From Klebsormidium nitens (taxonomy: Eukaryota; Plantae; Klebsormidiophyceae), in assembly GCA_000708835.1 (NCBI GenBank), contig DF237003.1:235009-272079 (forward strand): 37,071 bases of DNA, read 5' to 3'. Of the stretch, positions 1-10,874 are shown piece by piece (within the stretch, counting starts at the first letter, position 1; each line of letters starts with the position of its first letter). Under the pieces are notes generated by a model that was not told the origin of the DNA, did no database searches, and worked only from the letters and a program-made list of their open reading frames with translations. A program made the translations under genes and the position numbers.

Positions 1-39
1 ACTTGGTTTTAAAATCTGCCCCCCCTAAGGTTTAATAAA

Positions 40-240
40 CATCGACAAACATGTTTAAAACATCAAATGACGTTTGTACATGTGATCGGGCGAAGCCACG
101 ATTTTCTGAGTGCAATAAACATTATAAACAAACATGTTTATTGTTTCAAACATGTTTAAAACATGTTTAAACCCAAAAAACATGTTTTAACCATGTTTTT
201 CGTGTTTTTCCGTGTTTTAACCATGTTTATAACCATGTAG
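40..240. repeat. Low-complexity degenerate array of the AAACATGTTT/AACCATGTTT motif
   Basis: About ten copies of (A/C)CATGT in A/T runs, e.g. aaacatgtttaaaacatgtttaaa and aacatgttttaaccatgtttttcgtg. The core AAACATGTTT is self-complementary. Confidence 0.8.
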
Positions 241-430
241 GGACCCACACTTTTCTGGCGGTCCCAGCCGATCACCTGTACGTTTAAAACATGAGTTGCC
301 TACCCGGGACGCCTCACAGCTGTTTTGCCCCAGCAAAACATCGTCCTTCAACTCTTGCGAAGCGCCCATTGATGCAGCATCAATTGTTGACCATTGTTTT
401 CGTGCTCGCTTCCTTTTTTTCGTTCTAGCA

Positions 431-3400
431 ATGCAACAAATGACGGTCCCAACCACTGGCCTGCTTGATGGTCCAGGTTTTGAGCAAGCAACCCGCAGTC
501 TCTTGGATGATAACGCAGAGCTGCATTCTTTGGTCAAGATAGCGGTGGTGGGGCGGGAAAAGGCAGGCAAGAGCGCGCTTATACGCACACTGTGTGGACT
601 GGAACCTCTGCAGAACTATGTAGAGACAGCAGGAATCGAAGTGCAGCAGCTTCTGAGAGGAGCTAGCAGGGAGGACACTTCCGCTGGGGCGCAGTCGCAG
701 GTAAGTTGCGTGATGCTCCGTAAGCTCCATGTATTGCCTCTCGAACTAATTATGGACATGCTAAGCCTACACTTGCAGCACTGACCTTCTTTTACTGCCT
801 GGGTGCTCTCCGATAATGGAGAATGCAATTGCGCATTGCTTTGATGAGGCAAGGAGGGGCAATGGCAACTGTATCAGAAGGGTTGGAATCGAAACGAAGC
901 TATATGACTTTCTTCAGTGGGAGAGGCTTTAACGCTTGTGCATGATTTATCAGCAGGGAAGACCGCGACAATCTGCCCCTGGGGCTGCTAGATTGATGAC
1001 AAAAAGGAAAGACTGCTGCGACCATGCGCAATCAAGATTGATGCAGGACGCTCCTTACCAATTGCCCCTCTCGACCCATCTTTATGTCTCATCACCTTTT
1101 TGACCACTGTGGTAAAAAGGGCTCTTTGTTGGATGAAGCAGCGCAAGGACCAGAAAGCGTGACAACCATTTGCACCACTCCACATCATCTCTTACTTTTT
1201 TCATTCACTTGTTGAACTTGTTGCATCGGACTATTCACCCTGCTATCTGTGTCAACCAGACATGGCGTAACTCTCCTAGCTCCTCAAAACAGAGAGACAA
1301 CAAAAACTTTTTGACCACTCTGAGTGCAAGCCCCTGCTCCGAACTTGACCCGGAGAGTGCCGCAGTACCGAAGTTCCAAAGTGCCACAGGCTTCGTTTAG
1401 GAATGTACACATTGCTTCTGTATTTGAGATTCTCGATTTCAGCATCCAACAACCACTACCTTCACACGACTTCAAACCTTAGAAACTCACAACAAAACCA
1501 GTGCCTTACACTCTTGTTCACTGTTCCCAGGGCGATGAAATGTCTGCTCCTTCGACCAGCTTCCAGTTCTGGGAGGCCGCCGGACGTCCTTCCGCACGCT
1601 TTGAGTACCTCCTCCCGTCCGCCGCAAGCAAGGCGCGTCTCGCCCTCCACGTGCTCTCCTTGCAGGACCGCGCCGGGTTTGACGCGCTGCCCCAGCAGAT
1701 TGATGACGTTGGTACGCACGTGCCTTGCCTCGTGATCGCAACTAGGTATGTCTATGTCTGCTCCTTCAAGGCCGTGGTGAGAGTGAAACGACTTCACCTT
1801 GTCGAGACTGCTTTCAGGTGTCATGGAAGGCGTGTTCTTGAAGGCGTGTTCTTTACAATGGTAACTATGACAAGGCGAGTGTCCTACGAGTGATGTGTCT
1901 GGCCAAATCCGGATTCCAACAATAACGAAGTGTCAAATCTAGCTCGAAGTGACAAAGAAACTTCAACCAAGTTCGGAAACGGATCGGCTTTCTTCACGAG
2001 ATTTGCTTCTCCAACTCAGTCGGATGTCAGTGACCACATCGAGCGTTTGAGAGTGATCGAACTTGCGAAGACAAGGGAACAGGCCAGTACCAACTTACCT
2101 TCCCATCAGCGAGTTCGTGCCAACTTCGAAAAGCTGCAGTAAACCAGTGCCGTGAGAGTCACTTTCTTTCGTAAGAATGAAGCGCTTCGTTCAGAAATCA
2201 GCACAATATGGCGTTTTCTTCGGGGTGCTTTAGAGTCATTTCCTAGTTGCTCTGACGGAAACAATGAAAGACCCGCTCTACGGGGCTGTGTATTGGCCTC
2301 GAAGATGGAAAAGTAGTTACCAAGGTGAGAACTGCGTAGGAATTGCGACTGCTTTGGTGTGGCGTCATTAGAGCCCTTCTGACCGTTCGCTTAGAAGTTG
2401 CCTGAAAAGCATAAGTACTTACTTTTGGAGTCTCGAATGGAGCTTGGGAAAGTCAAAGGCTACGACGTTAGGACAAAACACTTGACACGTGGATCTCCCA
2501 GGCGCAGTAGATGCGAGGCAATCCATGCGCGCAAACTTCCTCCTCTTCTTTCGTCCCTGCTATTCCCTGGCTGCTCTCTTGCTGTATGCCAAGATCACAG
2601 CCCCAAGACGAACCCTTCGACCTACAAAAAGATCTATCCGCATCAGCATAACGAACTCCTTCCCGTTTGATATCCAAATAGTTTTTCATATTTGACGAAG
2701 GCGCTTTGGCGCTCACTTTCTGTGCAGGCACGATCTTGTGTACCAAACCGCCATCCCAGACGATGAGCTTCGAGCTTTCTGCGCACGGCACCGGTTACGC
2801 CTGTGTTTGATAGGGAACCCCCAGGACCAAACGGACGAAGCGCAGCAGCGTCGGACAATAGTGAGCATCCCAATCGCCCTTTCTCGAGACTGGACTTTCT
2901 CGCAAAATCAAAAGTAGGCTGTTGGAGATCGATCTGCAAAGTCGGTCGAGAAACGATTGGATTTTTGAGAAGGGGCCCAGCGTTCGTAGCAGCATGTGGG
3001 ATTGACCGTATTCGTGATTGTTACTTGAAGTCTCGCAGGCTGTACGTCCTTTGAAGCACTTCGAAAGTAATTCATCCGCAAACGTCTTTTACGGACGACT
3101 TATGGATCCCCAGTTCTTCGGCAGCTTCAAAATCCAGGAACTAAAATCCGATGGTCTGAACTTGCTGGTTTGGCAAATTATCTTTTCAGGCACTGACGAT
3201 TTGGAAGATAGCCTCAATTGTCAACGTTTGTCGCGGTTGAAACGAGAATGTAAAAGAAGCAAAATTTTCAAGGGCCATAACCAAGGCTTGCCGATGCGAC
3301 CAGCGACTTGGTGCAAGAGACTTTTTTAAAATGCGCAACGCGGAGCTCGTGACTTTCATTCGACGGCCAGTGGCATGGGAGTAACCGGTGTCGTGTAAAT

Positions 3401-3546
3401 CAAAGCTTTTTTAGCATCGTGGGCAAATAGCAATCAGCCTCGAAGCCGTTAACGAGCCCCTTCCTTCCGCCAAGTCAAGTGATTCACTGCGCTTCTCTGT
3501 GCAGGTCCGAAAGTACATTTTGGCCGAGATTGAAAAGCTTCTGTAG
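431..3546 (+). CDS. RSG1: RSG1/CPLANE2-like atypical Rab-like small GTPase, 4 exons, about 219 aa
   Basis: Exons 431-700, 1531-1745, 2728-2860 and 3505-3546 have GT/AG junctions and join in frame (660 nt). Motifs: KIAVVGREKAGKS (P-loop), GLEPLQNYVETAGIE, FQFWEAAG, FEYLLP, QDRAGFDALPQQI, VIATRHD, ELRAF. These are colinear with human RSG1 as I recall it (KIFVSGKSGVGKT, GLEVPVVHHETTGI, FEFWDCG, FDHML, TDRASFEDLPGQL, VIGSKFD, DLTAF). Orthology not computed. Confidence 0.75.
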
Positions 3547-5143
3547 GTTGGCGCGAAATCGAAATGTATCCAGAATCTAGCTTGACCATGGAAAGACTCC
3601 GTAGTGCAGGCTTCAATGCTCCTCGCACCATAACTGCTCCTAGGTTGCCGTCGAGAAGGTCTTTTCCGAAGTATCTGAGTATGAGTGTCTCGCTTCAATC
3701 CTTGGTTCCCACTTCTTATTGGTTGAATTTTATCGAGTGCCTATGTCTGCATGGTTAAGCCTTCGTTTTAGTTGGACAAGTTCTGCTCCGCTTAAGGTGG
3801 ACGATTTGCAAAGTAGTCATCGCGCAGTGGACGCCGGAAAATGACAGAATCGATGCGCCAGGCCCCCGCCAGGGGGCCGCCAGGCATTCACAAATTGCGG
3901 CGGTCTACTCTAATGGCCTACCCGTTGTGACAATGACGATGAATCCGTAGAAGGCATCAATCCAATGGACTCAGAAATACTACAGCAACAATTCGAGCAA
4001 AACCTGCTTCTGGTACACTGGTGGCGGCCCCTCTGGTGCTCTGGTTGCATCTCGAAGCGGGCTCACGTTAGTGACGGGGCAACGTACATTGTTACGTTAC
4101 TGACGCTCTGTTGCCAATGCAATTGCTTCTCTTGTCCGACCGACGCGCAGCAGTCACACGGCTATTCCGATCGTCGGCACTGCTGCCAGCAGGTGGTGCA
4201 CTTAATTGGGCCTTGGCGCTGGCCGCGGCCCGCCCGGGCCGGGCCCGGGCCAGGCTTACAGTGTACGCGGCCGCGGCTGTAGTGCGACGGTACTGTACCA
4301 TACCGGTACTTACATACCTAGGTACCAAGATGACGTCCGCGGACTGCAGTCTGCGCCCCGTATCTTGAGACTTGATCTCGGACCCCAAATTTAAATGCGA
4401 CAAAGTGGATCCCGCCGACGAGTGATTAACGCCGTCCGATGGGGACCGAGTTTTGTCGTTTGCCGCAAATGTCGATATGCTAATTGCTGTTTAACGATTG
4501 ACCAGTGGCTACCGGGGCCGGACTTACCCCGGTCTGATCCCCCTAGATGTCTTTGGGATCTTCAACAGGGGAATATCTTGCCCGGAAAAATGCCCCGATT
4601 ACGTCCAACTTTCTGAAGTGCCCGGGGGACGATTGTCGACCAATCATACGTCGTCTGATTCGTTCGCAGTCTTGTTTGCTCACTCAGACTGCAGACTGCA
4701 CTTTTCAGAACCTCTGACACTGTGCGCACGCCTGATCTGATTCGCGAGCGCCAGATTCCAAACGCGACGTCCCTTCGTCCTCCTTTTCCCGCATTCTGGC
4801 AGCCATTCCCAGCCCCCAGTTCCAGCCCAGAGTGTGAAACCTGACAACAGCAAATGCCCTAAAAGCTTGTCTCAGATCTGCGTCAGAAGCGCCCAAAGCC
4901 TCCTGCTTGTGTTTGACGCCCTAGCTGCCTAGATATACAGCTGCTGTTACACCGCTACTGCACGCGCTAACAAGCTCCAACACAACGTACATCCACTCTT
5001 TGGGCTTGAACTGGCATCGCACGCTTGACTTGCAGTCCATATGCGCTGAAATTTGCAGAAAACAAGCGTCCGTTCCTTGTCAAAGTGCTTAGATTTTTAA
5101 ATTAGTTGCAAGTATCTTCTGACAGTTTCTAGTTGGATAAGGC

Positions 5144-8100
5144 ATGGCTGGGATGAGGGTCTCTTTTGCTCTTGGACTGCTAGTTGTGCTTTGCTGCGCC
5201 TCAAGTAAAGCGGTGGCAGATCAAACAAAAGGACCTGGAGTCATTTTCACAAAGGCGGGGATTGTTTGCGGCCCAGGTGAGCTCAGATCCGCTGATGCAA
5301 ACTTCAATGAGCGGAGTTACTGAGATCTGTTAAGGGAGCTGGGATCTTCCTTAGAAATGTGCCACTGTTGCCGGGCTTTTCGCTTTTCCTATGTTCTTGC
5401 TAGGGCCCTGAGCTTCTCTTGATTCAGTTGGTTTTTGTGAGCTCCCTGAACCTTGAACGGTCTGTTCAGTCCATGAGCCCCTCTTCAATTCGCAATTTTC
5501 GCTACGACCACTCTGTTTCAAAGGCTTCTCGCTTTCATCGGTCAGCTTCTGTGAAAAGAGTCTGCAAATGTGGTGATTCAGGCCATGAGCAATAAGTAAA
5601 CCTGAAGCGGATCCTGCGTCTTGCTTTCCATACTTTTCATCAGTAGGGCACATGTTATAGATTGGTGCTGGGCAACTTGACAGGCGGCAACAGCACTCTT
5701 CAACCTAGTTCCTCCATCAAATTTGTTTTTCTCGCATCTTTAACATAAGACGCTGACACAGATAGTTGATTAGCTCTCTGATCCTGGTTGCCCTGGTGAC
5801 CATACATATAGTCCTATTGACGCACATTGCTTTCTGCCTGCCTTCACTGACAGACACCACTCTCTGCCTGCAGCTCTTCTTTGCGTAAACGAGGCGGAGT
5901 GCGATGTCGTCCCTTCAGGGCCCATCAACATTTACGCCTGCAGATGCCAAGACGGGTGGACAGGAACCAACTGCACTGTGCCAGCACCAAAAGGCTTGAG
6001 TGAGTTGCCCTTTCTTCGAAAATGCGAAGATAACGGTGGTGCCTTCTTCTCCATGTTGATTCCCATGTGTTTGCAATGTTGGAAGCCAACTTTTGTAAAG
6101 ACTGATCGTGCCAGATGTTGCTTTTCTCTCATATTTGATAACCACTCTGTTTGGAAGCACGCCACGATTTAAGTAGAGCCACATATGATGGCAAAGACAA
6201 GAAAAGCATCTTCACAGGCTTGAGTGAAAGTGATAGGTTTCGATCAGATCCAGGAACCTCTCTCAATTTGAGCACTTTGCCCGGCACTTTTGGCACGAGA
6301 AAAAAAGGGAAGGGCAGAGCGCTCACAAAATGAAAGCAAGGGCAGGAAGGGAAGGAGGTTGAATTAGGGTTTCCTGCATTACCACAGCAGGGCAGACCGG
6401 CACTGAAGCGGGCATAGCCAATCACAAGCTCTCTCTTTTGTATTTTCGCAAGTTAGATCAACTAGCAATGCGGCTCGCATCTGCGTTGCTTGGATAGCTT
6501 GAGCGCTCTTTACATACTCAGAAGTGATAATCTGCAACCACCCAAAACACTGAACGCCACTAAATTAATGCTTATCAATGCCCCATCAGCCCCCCATCAA
6601 AAGGAGGCTCTTAAAGTCACGAGTTCTGTGCAGATTGTCTTACCCATTGATACACTCCTTTGCCCCATGTGGACCTATTGCCTCCTACTCCTTCTTTGTG
6701 TGGTCTTACTCTGTTGACTTTCAGCTCCGGCTGAAATTAGCCGCCCCCTGTCGCTCAAAAGGGTCACTTGTGTTTTCGTCTGGCTTTGTACTTAAGACTG
6801 TCTGCTCAGAAGCTGGCACTCCAAAGAGTTGTGGTTCAATCAAAGAGCGATCGACAACCATGCCCAATTGACTTTTAGCAGTTCGATGCGGTACACAGGC
6901 TCTGATCGGTTTGGATTTAATTGTCAAATTGCGGCCAGGGCCGCTAACGTGCATATGCGCTGTTCGTAGCTCTAGCTAGTTGTCCTGGCAAGACAATCAG
7001 GGTGTACTCCGAGGCAGTGACCCTGTTGCTCCTTCACTATTCTTTGGACGCCCTTCTGAAAAGGGGCAGTTTCTTTGAGTCATGTTGGGACTGCACCTTA
7101 CTTATCGGCTGCCTTGCTGTTGGAGAGATGGCACTGTGGATGGATGTACAGTGCAGATGTGTCGTCTTAACTGGTTTGAAAGGGCGGCCCTGATCGTTCC
7201 AATCGAATGTGCACCGGTGGTACTCCTGGATACAAGAGAGCGTCGCCACAAGTGACTTGCGGCAAGTTTGATATACTGATTTGAGGTCTGGAGTTGCAGC
7301 GACTCTGGTTGCAACAATTGTGGCCCCGTGTGGGCTCTATAACCAACGCGGGAGATTGTTTTAAGCACGCATTGCCAGTTTGGATCCGTCTCCTGTTGCA
7401 GCCTCCAAGTACACAAAACAGCTTCCAATTTCATGAGCCTGGAGTTGCCGCTTTCCAGGCACTTGCCAAAAAAGCTGAACGAAGGATTGCACTTCAGTCA
7501 CTCCTCATACTAGATTCACTGAACTTGCCAACTTGCCAAGGTGCCAAGTTTCTTGACCCCGTCAACAGAAAATAAGGGGGCTGACATTCGACGGGTATGC
7601 GGTGACGACGTCATTAACGCTGTGTTCTGCCTCTCCTCTGCAGACCTGCCCAATCAGATTGGAGCACCGGTTGCGGCCGGCACCCTGCGGTACCGGTTGT
7701 TTGGACCTGACGGCCCTAATGTGAGATGACTACTCGATGTTTCCGTAACAAATCGGCTACAATTAACATTTTAATCCGCTATGGTGCAAAGTCGATACAG
7801 TATTGCAAACAGGTGCTGGCCCTCTCAGTCTAGGGTGCATTCTATGAGTTGCCAGTTGCTGGGTAGATGAGTGCCCCCCTGACGTATCAGCTAGGGAGTA
7901 CCGTTTCTGAACTTTGAGACTCAGAAGCTGAAGAGCATATGATATATAATCTCCGCTAAGGAGGCTTCCGCATGTCAGAAAAAAGCAACACGGCTGCAGT
8001 GACTCTAGAGGACATCTACCTAAGTCACTGGCCCCTTAGAAGGAAATTTCCAGCTATGTTCACTTCTGCGTGTGCCTTCTAGAAAGGCAGTTGCTTTCTG

Positions 8101-8636
8101 GAAGGGCGAGTTTGCGCGTTAAGTGAAGTTCCGGGTTTGCGTCTTCAATAAAGGGCGAGTTTGCGTATTGTAGGGCGGGTTTGAGTTCGCGTGTTGGCCA
8201 AAAAGGAGACACTGGGAACACATTGCCAAATGTTCACAACAAGGCAGAAGAAGCACGTCTAGGATTGCTGAAGCACCGTTCATTCCCCTTGGTCTGCGAG
8301 TTCAAACGGGTCGACTGATTACACGTGGCCGGCTTTATTCGGTGACGAGCAGCACCAACATAATGATCCCAGCCAGGTTTTTGTCATTGCCCCACGACTG
8401 ATCTTTTGACACCATCGCTTTGACAGGTGCTTGCAATTGTTCTGGGCACAGTCGCCGGTGTCATCTTCCTTATCATCGTCGGCGGCCTGGGTTGCTTCTT
8501 CTACCGCCGGTACAAGGTCAACCGGGGCCCCCTCAAATTCGTCGAGTTTAAGCGCACCGACTCGATTGTGGCGGAACTTGCGCGGGCGCAAAGCATGGAC
8601 AGGAAGGATACCTTCCCTCAAGCGAACCAAGTCTAG
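5144..8636 (+). CDS. Single-EGF-domain type I membrane protein (signal peptide, EGF, stalk, TM, short tail), 4 exons, about 181 aa
   Basis: Exons 5144-5276, 5874-5999, 7644-7720 and 8427-8636 join in frame (546 nt). Signal peptide MAGMRVSFALGLLVVLCCASSKAVA. EGF CGPALLCVNEAECDVVPSGPINIYACRCQDGWTGTNC (C-x5-C-x5-C-x12-C-x-C-x8-C). TM VLAIVLGTVAGVIFLIIVGGLGCFFY followed by RRYK. Confidence 0.85.
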
Positions 8637-9474
8637 TACCGCATTCTTTTTTACAATTAATGTCGAGACGTATTATACGGACATGAAAGAGGAGTCGTCC
8701 ACGGGTTCGGGTGTTTCTAGACGTGTTGCTTTTTATGTTGGCGGGCCCCAACGTTACGGAAGTAGTGGCGTGGGCGTTGCGAAACACCCTTGCGTTGTTT
8801 AGTACTGGAGACATTAAGGGGCGCTAAAAGTATGGCATTGCCTCGATTGTAGCCTCGATACGTGCTGCTTGCAGCTTGCCACTTGGGTAGTTGCAAGCGA
8901 CTACGGTATCATTTATTCGCACGGTTTGCTGAAGGTTTGGTCGAACAGCCAGTCGTAGAACCATTGTAGCTCTGCATGCTCGTCAGTAGTCTAAGCTGAG
9001 CAGCCTGCCATACGTAGATCAGTGCTTGCAGAGGCAACTGTAACATTATCATCACTTCTTCTATGAGTATTTTAACACTGAGAGCTGATTGGCTTTGAAC
9101 CATTTCTAAAGGCTCAATTGCCATCTGTTGGGCGAATTCAACAGCAGTTTTCACGCGCTCTAGACCGAACCTAGTACTCCATAAATCTGGTTGGATGAAA
9201 TGGACATGTCCAATCTTGTCCAAGCTGAGCACGATTCTATGCATGCCAGCCAGGCCGTTAGTCCTTGTCGCTCAGTGTGGCTGCTCAATATGTTCTTAGT
9301 GATAGTAACCGTCTTAAGTTCTGTCAGAGAGCTAGTACTTGCTACCAACAAATGATTGATAGTAAGTTCGGTATGCGAGATTCCAGCAGCCGCAGCAAGC
9401 GCGCACACGCAGATGCATGCGCGGCCAGACTAATGATGCACAGTGCTCTGCATACATGCAGTTGCTGTTCAATA

Positions 9475-9905
9475 GGGGACCGGGTCACTTTGAAGTGGCA
9501 CCCCCTTAGATATTCTGTTGAGCTAGGGGGGGGGGGGATTGAGGCCTTTCGCTTGGGGCGAAGCCCCTACGTCGGATTCCAGCTTGGAAAACATGCCTTT
9601 TTATGCCAATTTATCATCTTTTAGCCCACGGGTTAGAGATTCCAGACCATGAATGAACCAAAAAAGCATTTTTCAATGTTTAAAAGGGGCGAATCTTTGC
9701 ATACGACAGTCTGCATGCCCCGGGCCGGGTGGTCGCTATCTGGACCGTGGCCTTGACCTTTTCTTAAAAGACAGGGCCTGGAAGGGGGGGGGGCTTGAGA
9801 CCTTCTGCAGTTGAGCCCGGCAAAGTGCCTTTGAAATACCTAACCGGCCCGGTTAGGTATATGTGGCACCCGGCGGCCGGGTGCCACTTCAAAGTGACGG
9901 TGCCC
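9475..9905 (+). mobile_element. MITE-like non-autonomous DNA element, copy 1
   Basis: Perfect 20-bp terminal inverted repeat GTCACTTTGAAGTGGCACCC (9484-9503 and 9879-9898) with imperfect extension outward. No ORF. The interior aligns along its length with the reverse complement of 17973-18393. No clean target-site duplication found. Confidence 0.85.
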
Positions 9906-10874
9906 TTCGTAGGCCCACAGGCGGCCGCCATCATGGGCATGTATACCGTTGAACAGTCAGTGTGCTGCACTGAATTACGAGTATCGGATTTAACGCGGCG
10001 GCTAGGCACTGTGCATGCCACAGTCAATCACATATGCACGCGCGTGTGCGTGCTATAGGTAGAACGGTGCAGCATATACTATGATACGCCATTATTGCAA
10101 TGCATCATGTGAGATCTGTGATCCACCGTGACCTGTATGCTCGATCCGACATAGAGGCAGCACGTACTACACATGGTTCGCAAGCGCACCGGCAGTGGGG
10201 CGCCCCACTGCTGAATGGCCACTGCAGCCCAGCTAGCTATATGATATCTGGCACATGCATGCATTGCAGCAGGTCTCTGATTGAACATGCCAGCCATCAA
10301 ATCAGCTCACGGCGACAGATGCATGACAGCGTGGTACCCCCATATCATTCTCAGTGAAGTCGGACCCCGTATATCGAGGTCATACTCAAGCGCTGTAGCC
10401 TTTTGAGGGTAGAGTCTAAGTAGCAGGAGGCCTCCTGGATCTAGGCGGCAGGGAGGGGGCTTGCATCAGTGGATTTCATACGTTCATAACAATGCAAGAT
10501 TGATGGGCCAACACTTTCAACTCGACCGTTTGAGGTTCAATGTAATTCTTGCATGACAAACATGCACAATGGACTACCAAGAGGTTCTTCTCTGTCTTCC
10601 AAAATTTTTATTTAGTAGACAAACATCTGAAGAAGAAATCTTCATGTTGCAATATAGACGTTAAACTTGTATACAAATTCCTACTACCATCCGGCACAGG
10701 AGGGTGATATCACATGGCCATGATTGGGACCGGTGCGAACGATCAAAACCTTCAAATATCCTTTTATATTCATGTATCTGCTTCTCTGCTTCTCTGACCT
10801 GCTACTTCTGAGACCCACATAAAGGAAGAATGCTACAGACTATGTCAGACGGACACCTTTTTGAACAGATGGTT

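Noticed and set aside
1826-1853. 14-bp tandem repeat GAAGGCGTGTTCTT x2
   Set aside because: It is an ordinary intronic slippage duplication.
6187-6227. Possible duplicate of the EGF gene exon 2 donor (ggcttgagtga also at 5993)
   Set aside because: Only an 11-bp exact match with weak flanking similarity, so it may be chance. It is not counted as a donor-spanning duplication.
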